From the NCBI GenBank assembly GCA_016712025.1, contig JADJRW010000012.1, positions 95,941-159,940 of the forward strand: DNA of 64,000 nucleotides, read 5' to 3'. The position numbers were made by a program, and so were the translations under genes. The notes below the pieces were generated by a model. That model was not told the origin of the DNA. It worked only from the letters and a program-made list of their open reading frames with translations, and made no database searches. This DNA comes from Flavobacteriales bacterium (GTDB lineage: Bacteria; Bacteroidota; Bacteroidia; Flavobacteriales_F; PHOS-HE28). Below, piece after piece: positions 34,189 to 45,390 of the stretch (within the stretch, counting starts at the first letter, position 1; every line of letters starts with the position of its first letter).

Positions 34189-35054
34189 TTAGCTGTTACG
34201 ATTGTTTCCACCACGTGCCCCACCACCTGCGGGACCGCGACGATCTCCACCTCCACCACCGCCGAAACGACGATCTCCACCTGGACCTCCTGGGCCACGG
34301 CGTTCGCCGCGATCACCACCGGGCCCGCGGCGTTCTCCGCCACCTCCACCGCGACGCTCCGGACGATCACCGCCCATGCGAGGACCACCTTGGCCCTTCG
34401 CCTGGCCGACGTTCGGGCTCAGGTCGCGTTTGCCGAACACCTCACCGCGCATGATCCAGCACTTCACCCCGATGCGACCCATCTTGGTGTGCGCCTCGCT
34501 GATGGCGAAGTCGATGTCGGCGCGCAGGGTATGCAGGGGCACACGGCCCTCGCGATAGCTCTCGGTGCGCGCGATCTCGGCACCGTTCAGGCGGCCGGAC
34601 ACGGTCAACTTGATCCCTTCAGCGCCCATGCGCATGGAACTGGCCACGGCCATTTTCATGGCGCGGCGGAAACTGATGCGCCCCTCCAATTGGCGGGCGA
34701 TGCTATCGGCCACGAGCTTCGCATCCAATTCGGGACGCTTGATCTCGAAGATGTTCAATTGAACATCCTTGCCGGTGAATTTCTTCAGCTCTTCGCGGAG
34801 TTTGTCCACTTCGGTACCGCCTTTCCCGATGATCACACCAGGGCGTGCGGTATTGATCGTCACGGTCACCAGTTTCAGGGTGCGTTCGATCACGTCTTGC
34901 TGACGCTGGCCTTTTTGAGGCGCGTGGATAGGTACTGGCGGATCTTTTCGTCCTCCACCAGTTTGTCCACGTAGTTGTCTCCGCCATACCAATTGCTGTC
35001 CCAGCCTTTGATGTAGCCGAGGCGCGAACCGGTCGGATGTGCTTTCTGTCCCAT
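34189..35054 (-). CDS. rpsC: 30S ribosomal protein S3 with a long Gly/Arg-rich C-terminal tail (one apparent frameshift)
   Basis: Hand-translated N-terminus [53 protein letters not shown] (start 35054). One base is missing near 34893-34896. It then continues [26 protein letters not shown]... Confidence 0.93.
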
Positions 35055-35072
35055 TGTGCTTTCCTCGGTCTG

Positions 35073-35468
35073 TTAGTTGGCGGTGTCCACGATAAGACTC
35101 ACGTGGTTGCTGCGCTTTTTCATGCGGTAGGCGCGCCCTTGCGGTGCGGGCAGCATGCGCTTCAGGCCGCGTGCCTCGTCCACCATAACGGTCTTCACCA
35201 CCAGGCCAGCCTCATCAGGGCGCTGACCATCGTTCTTGGACTGCCAGTTGGCGATAGCGCTCAGGAGCAGTTTCTCCAGATCGCGGCTGCTGTGGCGGGT
35301 GCTGAAGCGAAGGATCGCCAGCGCCCTATCCACCTTCTGGCCACGGATCAGGTCGGCCACTTGGCGCATGCGGCGCGGGCTGGTGGGCACGTTGCGCAGT
35401 TGGGCGAGGGCCACGGTCTTCTTGGCTTCCTTGCGCGCGTCGGCTGCTAATTTCTTGCGGGCTCCCAT
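35073..35468 (-). CDS. rplV: 50S ribosomal protein L22
   Basis: [35 protein letters not shown]...[17 protein letters not shown]. Confidence 0.96.
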   Translation of the reverse strand: MGARKKLAADARKEAKKTVALAQLRNVPTSPRRMRQVADLIRGQKVDRALAILRFSTRHSSRDLEKLLLSAIANWQSKNDGQRPDEAGLVVKTVMVDEARGLKRMLPAPQGRAYRMKKRSNHVSLIVDTAN

Positions 35469-35474
35469 CTGTCC

Positions 35475-35744
35475 TTAGTTCTTCTTGTTACCGGAATGAC
35501 CGCGGTAGGTGCGAGTGGGTGCGAACTCGCCGAGTTTGTGCCCCACCATGTTCTCGGTCACGTACACCGGGATGAATTTGTTCCCATTGTGTACCGCGAA
35601 CGTCATCCCCACGAATTCCGGAGAGATGGTGCTCGCGCGGGACCAGGTCTTGATCACGCTCTTCTTGCCGCTTGCGGTGGCTTCACCCACGCGCTGCGAG
35701 AGCTTGTAGTGGATGAACGGCGGTTTCTTGAGTGAACGGCTCAT
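35475..35744 (-). CDS. rpsS: 30S ribosomal protein S19
   Basis: [15 protein letters not shown]...[36 protein letters not shown]. Confidence 0.97.
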   Translation of the reverse strand: MSRSLKKPPFIHYKLSQRVGEATASGKKSVIKTWSRASTISPEFVGMTFAVHNGNKFIPVYVTENMVGHKLGEFAPTRTYRGHSGNKKN

Positions 35745-35753
35745 GATGCGCTA

Positions 35754-36593
35754 CTAGATGGAGGCGGCCTTGCTGTTGCGGCGCGCGATGATGAACTTGC
35801 TGGATGTGTTCTTCGGATGGCGGGTCTTCTTGCCCTTGGCGAGGAGACCCTTGCGGCTGCGGGGGTGTCCGCCCGAAGCGCGACCCTCACCACCACCCAT
35901 CGGGTGGTCGACCGGGTTCATGGCCACCGCACGGGTGCGGGGGCGACGGCCTTGCCAGCGGCTGCGGCCGGCTTTACCGCTCTTCTGGAGCATGTGTTCG
36001 GCGTTGCCCACCGTACCTATGGTGGCAAGGCATGCGCACAGGATCATGCGCACTTCGCCGCTCGGCATTTTGAGCGTTGCGTAGCGGCCTTCGCGAGCCG
36101 CCAGTTGCGCGAACGTGCCAGCACTGCGGGCCATGCTACCACCCTGGCCGGGCTGCATTTCGATGTTATGCACCAAGGTACCCAGAGGGATCTCGCCGAG
36201 CGGGAGGGTGTTGCCCACTTCCGGCGGAACGCCAGGGCCACTGATCACCTGCTGGCCGACCTTCAGACCGGTGGGAGCAAGCATATACCGCTTCTCTCCG
36301 TCGGCATAGACCAGCAGGGCGATGCGTGCGCTCCGGTTTGGGTCGTACTCGATGGTCTTCACCGTGGCATTGATACCATGCTTGTTCCGCTTCAAGTCGA
36401 TGATACGGAAGCGCTGTTTGTGCCCACCGCCGATGTAGCGCATGGTCATTTTGCCCGTATGGTTCCGCCCGCCGCTCTTGTTGCGGCCGGAGGTGAGGCT
36501 CGCCTCGGGGATGCGTGTGGTAACGCCCTCGAAGTCGGTGATCACGCGGTGGCGTGTGCCAGCGGTGACGGGGTTGAGTTTACGGATGCCCAT
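35754..36593 (-). CDS. rplB: 50S ribosomal protein L2
   Basis: [28 protein letters not shown]...[18 protein letters not shown]. Confidence 0.98.
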   Translation of the reverse strand: MGIRKLNPVTAGTRHRVITDFEGVTTRIPEASLTSGRNKSGGRNHTGKMTMRYIGGGHKQRFRIIDLKRNKHGINATVKTIEYDPNRSARIALLVYADGEKRYMLAPTGLKVGQQVISGPGVPPEVGNTLPLGEIPLGTLVHNIEMQPGQGGSMARSAGTFAQLAAREGRYATLKMPSGEVRMILCACLATIGTVGNAEHMLQKSGKAGRSRWQGRRPRTRAVAMNPVDHPMGGGEGRASGGHPRSRKGLLAKGKKTRHPKNTSSKFIIARRNSKAASI

Positions 36594-36609
36594 GGCGCTC
36601 TCTCTTCGA

Positions 36610-36903
36610 TCAGATGCTGCTGTACAGGTCGATGGTCTCGCCCTTCTTCAAGGTCACGATAGCCTTCTTGTAGGAACTGGAAGTGCCGCGCAGGATATTC
36701 GTCTTGGTGTAGCGGGTGCGCTTCTTGCCGCGCACGATCATGGTGCGCACGCTTTCCACTTCCACGTTGAACTGCTTCTTCACGGCGGCGCGGATGTCGA
36801 GCTTGTTGCTCTCGCGGGCCACCACGAAGCCGTAGCGGTTCTCCTTCTCGCCTTGGGCGGTCATCTTTTCGGTGATGATCGGTCGGATCAGGATCTGGCT
36901 CAT
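36610..36903 (-). CDS. rplW: 50S ribosomal protein L23
   Basis: [46 protein letters not shown]. Confidence 0.95.
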   Translation of the reverse strand: MSQILIRPIITEKMTAQGEKENRYGFVVARESNKLDIRAAVKKQFNVEVESVRTMIVRGKKRTRYTKTNILRGTSSSYKKAIVTLKKGETIDLYSSI

Positions 36904-36906
36904 GGC

Positions 36907-37536
36907 TTACTTGCTAAGGGTGGCCTCCAGTGGGGCGATCGCGTCCTTCACGATCAATACACTGTGGGCGTTCATAATGTCGTAGGTGTTCACCTGGCTC
37001 GCATGCACGACCCGGGCGCCCTGGATATTCCTGGCGCTCAACAGCACGTTCTCGTCTTTGTCAGCTAGCACCACCAATGCCTTCCGGTCGGTGAGGCTGA
37101 AGGCCTTGAGGAAACCAACGAAAGAACTGGTCTTCGGGGCGGTCAAGGACATAGGCTCCACCACTTTCAATGTGCCGTCCTTCGCCTTGTGGGTGAGGGC
37201 GCTGCGGCGGGCCAGATCCTTCACCTTCTTGTTCAATTTGAAATGGTAATCGCGGGGCTGCGGGCCGAACACGCGGGCGCCACCTTTGAAGAGCGGGCTC
37301 TTGATGGAGCCTTTCCGGCTACCGCCGGTTCCCTTCTGCCGATGCAGCTTCTTCGTGCTGCCGCTCACCTCGCTTTTCTCCAAGGTCTTGGCTGTGCCCT
37401 GACGCTTGTTGGCCAAGTGCTGTTTCACGTCCAGCCAGATGGCGTGGTCGTTTGGCTCAATGGCGAAGATGGCGTCGCTGAGCTTCGCCTTCTTGCCGGT
37501 GGCCTTTCCGTCGGTGCTGTAGATATCGAGCTCCAT
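36907..37536 (-). CDS. rplD: 50S ribosomal protein L4
   Basis: GSTKKLHRQKGTGGSRKGSIKSPLFKGGARVFGPQPRDY. Confidence 0.96.
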   Translation of the reverse strand: MELDIYSTDGKATGKKAKLSDAIFAIEPNDHAIWLDVKQHLANKRQGTAKTLEKSEVSGSTKKLHRQKGTGGSRKGSIKSPLFKGGARVFGPQPRDYHFKLNKKVKDLARRSALTHKAKDGTLKVVEPMSLTAPKTSSFVGFLKAFSLTDRKALVVLADKDENVLLSARNIQGARVVHASQVNTYDIMNAHSVLIVKDAIAPLEATLSK

Positions 37537-37537
37537 C

Positions 37538-38155
37538 TTACTTCCAGATGATCACTATGCTGCCTTTGGCGCCGGGGACCGAGCCTTTCAGTACGAGCAG
37601 GTTCTTGTCCTTATCGATCTTCACCACTTTGAGGTTCTCGGTGGTATGCTTGTCCCCACCCGTGCGGCCAGCCATGCGCAGGCCCTTGAACACGCGGGCA
37701 GGGTAGGAGCTGCCACCTAGGGAACCGGGGGCACGGGACCGATCGTGCTGACCGTGGGTCGACTCGCCAACGCCACTGAAGCCGTGACGCTTCACCACAC
37801 CCTGAAATCCTTTGCCCTTGCTGTTCGCGGTAACCGTTACGAACGAGCCCTCCTCGAAGATCTCGAGCCCAACGGATTCGCCGAGCTTCAGTTCCTGCTC
37901 GAACTCCTTGAACTCGTGGCTCTTCACTTTGGGGGTGGTGCCGGCTTTCTTGAAGTGGCCAAGGGCCGCTTTAGTGGTGCTCTTCTCGCGGCGCTCGCCG
38001 AAGGAGAGTTGCACGGCTTGGTAACCGTCCTTATCGGCGGTCTTCACATGTGTGACCACGTTCGGTGTGACCTCGATCACGGTGCAGCCAGAGAGCTGCC
38101 CATCCGTGTCGAACAAACTGGTCATCCCGACCTTTTTACCTATCAATCCGCTCAT
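37538..38155 (-). CDS. rplC: 50S ribosomal protein L3
   Basis: [28 protein letters not shown]...[15 protein letters not shown]. Confidence 0.97.
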   Translation of the reverse strand: MSGLIGKKVGMTSLFDTDGQLSGCTVIEVTPNVVTHVKTADKDGYQAVQLSFGERREKSTTKAALGHFKKAGTTPKVKSHEFKEFEQELKLGESVGLEIFEEGSFVTVTANSKGKGFQGVVKRHGFSGVGESTHGQHDRSRAPGSLGGSSYPARVFKGLRMAGRTGGDKHTTENLKVVKIDKDKNLLVLKGSVPGAKGSIVIIWK

Positions 38156-38174
38156 TGTCGTGCTCTTTGATCGG

Positions 38175-38480
38175 TCAGACCTTGATCTCCACGTCCACGC
38201 CGCTGGGGAGCTCCAGTTTCATCAGCGCATCGATGGTCTTGCTGCTGGAGCTGTAGATATCCATCAGGCGTTTGTAGCTGCAGAGCTGGAATTGCTCGCG
38301 AGCCTTCTTGTTCACGTGCGGCGAACGCAGCACGGTGAAGATGCGCTTGTGCGTGGGCAGAGGGATCGGTCCGCTCACCACAGCGCCTGTGCTCTTCACG
38401 GTCTTCACGATCTTCTCGGCGCTCTTGTCGACGAGGTTGTGATCATAGGACCGCAGCTTTATCCGGATCTTTTGGGTCAT
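38175..38480 (-). CDS. rpsJ: 30S ribosomal protein S10
   Basis: [40 protein letters not shown]...[13 protein letters not shown]. Confidence 0.97.
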   Translation of the reverse strand: MTQKIRIKLRSYDHNLVDKSAEKIVKTVKSTGAVVSGPIPLPTHKRIFTVLRSPHVNKKAREQFQLCSYKRLMDIYSSSSKTIDALMKLELPSGVDVEIKV

Positions 38481-38494
38481 GGTCGTTGGGCGGA

Positions 38495-40602
38495 TCAGGC
38501 GGACACTTTTCCACGCACCTTGGCCAGAACGGCTTCGGACACGTTGTTGGGTGCTTGTTGATAATGGCTGAACTCCATGGTGCTGCTCGCGCGGCCGCTG
38601 GAGAGGGTACGAAGGCTGGTCACATAGCCGAACATCTCGCTCAAAGGCACTTTGCCTTTGATGGCCTTTGCGCCGGAACGGTCCTCCATCCCTTCAATGG
38701 TTCCACGACGGCGGTTGAGGTCGCCGACGATGTCGCCCATGTTCTCTTCGGGCGTGATCACCTCGATCTTCATGATGGGCTCCAAGAGCACAGGCTTGCA
38801 CTTCGGAAGCGCTTCGCGGAAGGCGCTCTTGGCGCAGATCTCGAAGCTCAAAGCATCGGAGTCCACGTTGTGGAAGGAGCCATCGTTGAGCGTCACTTTC
38901 AGGCGTTCGATGGGGAAACCAGCGAGCACGCCGTTCTGCAATGACGCTTTGAAGCCCTTCGCGACAGCAGGGATGAATTCCTTAGGAATAGAGCCGCCCT
39001 TGATCTCGTCAATGAACTCGAGACCCTCTTTCTCCATGTCCAGTTGTGGCTCGATCAGGACGTGGATGTCGGCGAACTTACCGCGACCACCGGTCTGCTT
39101 CTTGTACACCTCGCGGTGCTGGATCTTGGTGGTGATGGTCTCCTTGTATTTCACCTGAGGAGCACCCTGGTTGCATTCCACCTTGAATTCGCGGCGCATG
39201 CGGTCCACGAGGATCTCCAGGTGGAGTTCGCCCATGCCGCTGATCACGGTCTGGCCGGTCTCGTCATCGGTATGGACCTTGAAGGTGGGATCCTCCTCCG
39301 CCAGCTTGGCAAGAGCCTGCCCCATTTTGTCCATATCCGCCTGGCTCTTGGGCTCCACGGCGATGCCGATCACCGGCTCTGGGAAGCTCATGCTTTCCAA
39401 GATGATCTGCTTATCCTCGTCACAGAGCGTGTCACCCGTGCGGATATCCTTGAAGCCAACGGCCGCGCCAATGTCGCCAGCTTCGATCACATCGACCGAA
39501 TTCTGTTTGTTGGCATGCATCTGGAAGATGCGGCTGATACGCTCCTTGCGGCCAGTGCGCATGTTCTGCACGTAGCTGCCCGCAGGCACACACTGCCGCT
39601 GTAACAGCGGAAGAACGCGAGGCGGCCTACGTACGGATCGGTGGCGATCTTGAAAGCCAAGCTTGCCATTGGGTCTTCTACGGTCGGGCGGCGCTGGATC
39701 TCCTCGCCGCTGTCCGGATCGGTACCGGTGACGGACTCGATGTCCATCGGGCTGGGCAGGTAGGCCATCACCGCGTCGAGCATGGTCTGCACGCCCTTGT
39801 TCTTGAAGGCGCTGCCGCACAGGATCGGCGTGATGCTCATGTTGATGGTGCTTTTGCGCACCGCCTCCATCACCTCTGCTTCTGTAAGGCTATCCGGATC
39901 GGAGAAATACTTCTCCATCAGGGTGTCGCTGCTCTCCGCTACGGCTTCGATCAACTTGTCGCGCCACTCTTTCACTGTTTCTTTCAGGTCCTCAGGGATC
40001 GGAACCTCGTTCCAGGTCATGCCCTGGTCGGCTTCGTTCCACACCATTCCCCGATTGTTCACCAAGTCGACCACTCCAAGGAAGTCGGCTTCAGCCCCGA
40101 TCGGGATCTGCAAAGGCACCGGATTCGCTCCCAAGCGCTCGCGGATCTGCGCGACCACATTGAAAAAATCGGCACCGCTGCGGTCCATTTTGTTCACGAA
40201 CCCGATGCGCGGAACTTTGTACTTGTTCGCCTGGCGCCAAACGGTCTCGCTCTGGGGCTCAACACCACCCACGGCACAAAAAAGTGCTACGGCACCGTCC
40301 AGCACGCGCAAACTACGCTCCACCTCAACGGTGAAGTCAACGTGGCCCGGTGTATCGATCAGGTTGATCTTGTAGGTCTCGTCGCGGTATTTCCAGCTGG
40401 TCGTAGTGGCAGCGGAAGTAATGGTGATGCCGCGCTCCTGCTCCTGCTCCATCCAATCCATGGTGGCCGCACCGTCATGCACTTCACCGATCTTGTGCAC
40501 GATCCCGGTGTAGTAGAGGATGCGTTCGGACGTGGTCGTCTTCCCGGCATCAATGTGCGCCATGATGCCGATGTTGCGCGTATATCTGAGGTCGCGGGCC
40601 AT
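38495..40602 (-). CDS. fusA: Translation elongation factor G (one apparent frameshift)
   Basis: [38 protein letters not shown] ... [12 protein letters not shown] | [29 protein letters not shown]... The break is at the CA/GT dinucleotide run 39587-39593. Confidence 0.95.
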
Positions 40603-40620
40603 GTGATCTGTTCCGTAGGC

Positions 40621-41091
40621 TTAGAAGCGGAAGTGGCTGAAGGCTTTGTTCGCTTCGGCCATTTTGTGGACTTCTTCTTTCTTCTTGAAGGCAGCGCCTT
40701 CTTCCTTAGCAGCTGCCAGGATCTCGTTGGCCAGTTTCTGTGCCATGCTGCGTTCGTTGCGGCTGCGGCTATAGCCGATGAGCCATTTCATGGCTAGACT
40801 GCGCTTGCGGTCATCGCGAACAGGCTGTGGGATCTGGAAGTTCGCCCCACCGACCCGGCGGCTGCGTACTTCCACTTGTGGGGTCACATTGCCCAAAGCC
40901 TTACGCCAAACTTCGAGGCCGTCCTCACCGCTCTTTTCCGCTACGATATCGATGGCGGAATAGAAGATGTCGAAGGCCTTGTTCTTCTTGCCGTCGTACA
41001 TCAGGTTGTTCACGAACTTGGTCACGATCACATCGCCGAACTTGGGGTCGGGCAGGGTGGTTACGTAGCGATTGGTGGTGGTCTTCCGCAT
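40621..41091 (-). CDS. rpsG: 30S ribosomal protein S7
   Basis: [33 protein letters not shown]...[16 protein letters not shown]. Confidence 0.97.
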   Translation of the reverse strand: MRKTTTNRYVTTLPDPKFGDVIVTKFVNNLMYDGKKNKAFDIFYSAIDIVAEKSGEDGLEVWRKALGNVTPQVEVRSRRVGGANFQIPQPVRDDRKRSLAMKWLIGYSRSRNERSMAQKLANEILAAAKEEGAAFKKKEEVHKMAEANKAFSHFRF

Positions 41092-41100
41092 GGCGCTCGC

Positions 41101-41481
41101 TTATTTCTTGGCCTTGGGACGCTTGGTTCCGTACTTGGAGCGGCGCTGATTACGGCCTTCCACACCGGCGGTGTCCAACACGCCGCGTACGATGTGGTAC
41201 TTCACGCCAGGTAGATCCTTCACACGACCGCCGCGCACGAGCACGATGCTGTGCTCCTGAAGGTTGTGACCTTCTCCTCCGATGTAGGCGATCACTTCAT
41301 ACCCGTTCACCAGCCGCACCTTGGCCACCTTACGGAGGGCCGAGTTCGGCTTCTTAGGGGTGGTGGTGTACACCTTGGTGCATACGCCACGGCGCTGTGG
41401 GCAAGAGGTCAGTGCTACCGACTTGCTCTTGTACTCCGCCTTCTCGCGTCCCTTTCGGATCAGCTGTTGGATGGTTGGCAT
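41101..41481 (-). CDS. rpsL: 30S ribosomal protein S12
   Basis: [14 protein letters not shown]...[31 protein letters not shown]...[17 protein letters not shown]; start at Met16 of the ORF. Confidence 0.97.
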   Translation of the reverse strand: MPTIQQLIRKGREKAEYKSKSVALTSCPQRRGVCTKVYTTTPKKPNSALRKVAKVRLVNGYEVIAYIGGEGHNLQEHSIVLVRGGRVKDLPGVKYHIVRGVLDTAGVEGRNQRRSKYGTKRPKAKK

Positions 41482-41543
41482 CGCTCGCGTTTCGTCCTGT
41501 TTCTCAGTTGGTTCCGCTACTTTCATAGGCGGAAAACGGGCTG

Positions 41544-41551
41544 CAAATGTA
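41544..41551 (-). promoter_or_regulatory. TAnnTTTG -7 box (TACATTTG) of the ribosomal super-operon promoter
   Basis: + strand caaatgta, 63 nt upstream of the rpsL ATG. TTG candidates lie 15-19 nt further upstream. Confidence 0.5.
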
Positions 41552-41793
41552 GAAAAAGAGGGCTTTCAACCAACCTGTGTTGAAGGAAAATTTGAGCACT
41601 ACCCTTTCAGACCGCGAAAGTCGTGTCCGATGCCAAGCGGTCGATTTCTCCAGAACCTTTGCCCAGCAAGCGTATCCGTGGGTGTGGGTGCAATGGAAAG
41701 TGTGTGTTGATGCGTAGCCCAGGCGTTGTTCATACTGAGGAGTCATGACCAAGGAGGGCTACCTTTGATGCTATCATTTGATGCTATTTTGCC

Positions 41794-42774
41794 GTGGACT
41801 CCAGTTACACCTTCTATACCTTACAGAGCAGGATGCTGGAGCGCCTCACATCCATCCATCACCGGTTGGGGGAGGTCAAGGCTCGGCACCTGCACTTCCC
41901 CGCAGCGAGTTTGGAAAAGGCTTATCGGGTGAGCGCCGTGCATGCAACGCTTGCGCTGGAAGGCAATGTTTTGGAGCCTTTGCCTGTGGCCCGCTTGGTG
42001 AGCCGCCCTGACCGGACCAGCGGACCAGCTGCCCTAGAGGTGGTGAACACGCACAGTATGCATGAGTTGTTGCCAGAATTGGATCCTGCGCTGGCCCAAG
42101 ACCTGCGGCGGGCCCATGGGGTGCTTATGCACGGGCTGGCTATCGATGCTGGCCACTTTCGCACGGGGCCCATGGACGTGCTATATGGCGATCCGATACC
42201 ACTCCGTGTCGCCGCGGCGGACAATCTTTCGATCCAAGTGGAGGAACTGCTGCACTTGGTCGAGAACGACGATGCACCGCCGGTGATCACCAGTTGTGTA
42301 TTGCATTTCGGCCTGATCTACCTGCGTCCCTTCAGCGCGGGCAACGGCCGATTGGCGCGTTTGTGGCAACGCCGCCTGTTGATGCGTCATTGGCCTGTCT
42401 TTGCGTTCCTGCCCTTAGAAGCTTTCATACATCGCACGGAGCCAGCCTACTACGCGGCGTTGGAGTACGCCGATCGTCAGGGCGATTGTGGTGGCTTCAT
42501 TACCTACTTGTTGGAGCGGATGGATGAGGCCTTGGCGGAATTGCTGGCGATGCCGGATCCAGTGCGCAGCGCGATCGATCGTATCGAGCTCTTTTTAATG
42601 CAAGCTCAGGGGAAGGTCTTCGGTCGCAAGGAATACATGGGCTGGTTTCCAGAGATCAGCACGGCCACAGCAAGCCGTGATCTGCGAGAAGCCGTGGCCC
42701 GCGACCTTCTGGCACGCGAGGGGAGTGACCGAACCGCGGTCTATCGCTTGAAAGTCGAACCAGGTCATAGATAG
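41794..42774 (+). CDS. Fic-family protein with an N-terminal inhibitory-helix motif, a degenerate active-site motif and a C-terminal winged-helix-like region
   Basis: Inhibitory motif TLALEGN (41947-41967). Fic core reads LRPFSAGNGRLAR (42325-42360) instead of HPFx[D/E]GNGRxxR. Tail FGRKEYMGWFPEISTATASRDLREAVARDLL. Confidence 0.8.
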   Translation: MDSSYTFYTLQSRMLERLTSIHHRLGEVKARHLHFPAASLEKAYRVSAVHATLALEGNVLEPLPVARLVSRPDRTSGPAALEVVNTHSMHELLPELDPALAQDLRRAHGVLMHGLAIDAGHFRTGPMDVLYGDPIPLRVAAADNLSIQVEELLHLVENDDAPPVITSCVLHFGLIYLRPFSAGNGRLARLWQRRLLMRHWPVFAFLPLEAFIHRTEPAYYAALEYADRQGDCGGFITYLLERMDEALAELLAMPDPVRSAIDRIELFLMQAQGKVFGRKEYMGWFPEISTATASRDLREAVARDLLAREGSDRTAVYRLKVEPGHR

Positions 42775-42804
42775 CACGCGTGGGGTGATGCGGTGCGCTG
42801 GCGG

Positions 42805-45226
42805 TCAGGGTATGATCGTGCAGGATCCTATGCCGGTTTCCTCATTTTTGCTGGCAGCACTGATCAATATCACTTGGGGCGCAAGATCCGAGACATCAAG
42901 TTGCGTGACCGGACCCGAAGAGGGTACTTCTTTCAGGAGTCTTCCGGTGCGGTCGCGCACTCGGATCGTCGTCGTGTTCGGCAGGGCTTCGCTACAAGAG
43001 ACCCTCACTAGATCTTGAGCTGGGTCGGGCCAGATATTGCAAGTGCCAGGCGCGGACCGCTGCGCTACGCCCACAGCTGAAGTCTTCCACGCCAAGGTAT
43101 AATCACCGGGAACCAGCACCTCGATGTCGATCCTCCCCGTCTTGTCCGTGGCGTTGTTCAGAACGTTCAAGGATTGTTGCGGCGCTGCGGACCAGGGCAT
43201 TTGCGCGTTCGGCCGATAGAGCAGCACCAGGCTATCCTCAGTAAAATTCAGACCGCCAAGGTCCTGCATTAGATCCACGTCCAATCCGCCAGCGGATTGT
43301 GCGCGACCATCGTATGCGAATCGGCCGCTGATGGTGGGGCCACTGGTGAAATCGCTATGGATCCGCCACCACCGGTCAGGGGAGAGAGCATAAGCGAAAG
43401 CGGGCTCCGCGTTCGGGTCGGCAGCGACCCAGAACTGTTCCACACGGATCGGGAGGTCACTAGGCAGCGCATCCACGATCAAGGTTAGATTGGCCTGCTG
43501 GAATGTCTTGGTCCCGATGCTGGTCAAAGTGTCCCAAACGGCAGTGGTCGCCAAGCTGATCCGGTCATCGTCGTTCAGCCATACATCCACCGGATCGAAA
43601 GGTGGATCGATCGTGACAACGGTCTGGTCGCCACTGAACAGGAAAGAAGTTGGGGTGGTCCACAGATCGCCTTGGGCACTGCGGCAGGTCAGCGTTAGCG
43701 GAACATTCTGGTACAGGTCCACTGCCCCGCGCAGCTTTTGTTCCGCGAAGACCGTTACCTCCGCCAGTCCCACATCAAAGGAATCGACCTCGAAGGCGGC
43801 CCAGCCCGGTTGAAAGATCCAGTCATTGAAGAAGTCCGTGAGGTCTGTTCCTGTAGCGGTGCTCAAATGATCTCGGAGCTGCTCGCTGCTGACAGGTTGG
43901 AAGGAATATGCGTCGAGAAAACTCGTCAAGCCCTGACAAAAAAGTGCCTCCCCTAAGTAGCTGCGCAGGCTATGCAATACATCCGCACCCTTGTTATAGC
44001 TATGCTGTCCGTAGGTGAAGTCTTGGGGAACATCAGCGAGGGCGAAATACTGCCCCCCCATCTTCCCAATGGCAGCGACGCAACATTTCGTAGTGGTTCG
44101 CCCGCACGGTGGATCGGTAGCGGTCCGGTCCGTACACCCCCTCCAGGAACAGGTAGCTCAGGTATTCGGCGAACCCCTCGTTGATGTACATCTCCTCTGC
44201 CCTATCGCAAGTGACCAGGTCGCCGAACCACTGATGGGCCAGTTCGTGTGCCATGGTTGCTTCGTACTGCAACGTCCCATCCGCGATGAAATCCGGATAG
44301 GTGATGTTGGTAGGATGCTCCATTGCACCGCGTGAAGCCAGGCAATAGCCGATGCGGTTCCAACTGTAGGCCCCGAAGCAGGTTTCGAACCGGTTGAAGG
44401 CATCTTGCAAGTGGAGGAAGGAGTTCTTCATCTGGGTCGTATCCCCTGGAAGAGCCACAAGGTCCACGGGAATGTTCGTCCCGCCGATGCTGGGGAATTC
44501 CTGGTGAACGACCGCGTAGTTGGCCACCGCGACAGAGGCGAGATAGCTTGGGATGGGTTCATCTATGGACCAATGGGTGAGGGTGGTATCACCACCGAGC
44601 GACACCACGCCAAGTTCAGCCCCATTGCACCAGACCTTCCGTCCGCCTCGCGTGGTAACGTGGAAGGAGAAGGCACAGCGCTCCACGAAGTTGTCGAAAC
44701 AGGGGAACCAAGCCCGGCCATAGCTGTGGGATTGCGCATCGAACGCCACGCCCAAATTGTAGATGTAGGTGTTCTCCAAGTAGAAGCCCCCGAAGTTGCT
44801 CGGATCAACGGCCGGTTCGCCATCATAGAAGACCGTGATATCCATCGTATCCGCTGGTCCGGCCGGTTGTGCCAGATCAACCCGCAACACACCGTTCGCA
44901 TGGCTGAAGCCGAGTGGTTGGTTGCTCTCATCCAGGACCGAACCGACCGTGAGGTCGATCAGGTCGAGCCGGAGTTGGGTGACCCCCGGAACTTTGGGCA
45001 CGAGGCGAAGCACACACATCGCGTGGATCAGATCGTTCGGCGCATCGAGGAGGTTGAGGTGGACCCGCGTCACGAGCAGGTCGATGCTATCACTGCGCAG
45101 GTCCTGTGGGCCGCCCTTGGCCTGTCCTTGCGCAGAGCAGTGTTTGGTCCGCTGGCAGGTGGTCTGTGCAGGAACGGATAGCGCGATCGAGGTAACGACC
45201 GAGCAAAGGAGGAGGCGGATGGTCAT
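42805..45226 (-). CDS. M1-family zinc aminopeptidase with a T9SS type-A C-terminal sorting domain (one apparent frameshift)
   Basis: Signal peptide MTIRLLLCSVVTSIALSVPAQ; GAMEHPT, HELAHQWFGDLVT...NEGFAEY. The frame breaks at C7 run 44053-44059 (HWEDGG|QYFALADV). The last ~75 aa, IWPDPAQDLVRVSC...IRVRDRTGRLLKEV...LDVSDLAPQVILISA, resemble a Por_Secre_tail. Confidence 0.85.
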
Positions 45227-45280
45227 GCGCGTGAACGAACAGAGGCCTTGGTTGTTACAGAAAGAGGCCGCGCCGTTGAT

Positions 45281-45288
45281 CAAAGGTA
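45281..45288 (-). promoter_or_regulatory. TAnnTTTG -7 box (TACCTTTG) for the M1 peptidase gene
   Basis: + strand caaaggta, 55 nt upstream of ATG 45226. Confidence 0.45.
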
Positions 45289-45337
45289 GCCGGACGAAAG
45301 CTGCGATCGCAGGAATGCTGCGGGTTCGCAGGATCCC

Positions 45338-45345
45338 TACTTTTG
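45338..45345 (+). promoter_or_regulatory. TAnnTTTG -7 box (TACTTTTG) for the divergent hypothetical gene
   Basis: 46 nt upstream of ATG 45391. This argues against the ORF-track start at 45343. Confidence 0.45.
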
Positions 45346-45390
45346 GGGGTGCGCCTTGTTATCCCAAAGGCGATCCGCTGGCGCACCGCG

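Noticed and set aside
38495-40602. Frameshifts in fusA, rpsC, rplQ, eno, carA and mutS, considered as programmed ribosomal frameshifting or as genome reduction or pseudogenisation
   Set aside because: No slippery heptamer or stimulatory structure was seen at the sites, and none of these genes is known to use recoding. Simultaneous loss of EF-G, S3 and L17 is incompatible with viability. Homopolymer context fits sequencing error.
41504-41752. 82-aa minus-strand ORF and small + strand ORFs in the rpsL upstream region
   Set aside because: They overlap the promoter and leader of the ribosomal operon, have no homology features, and lie in lower-GC non-coding-looking sequence.
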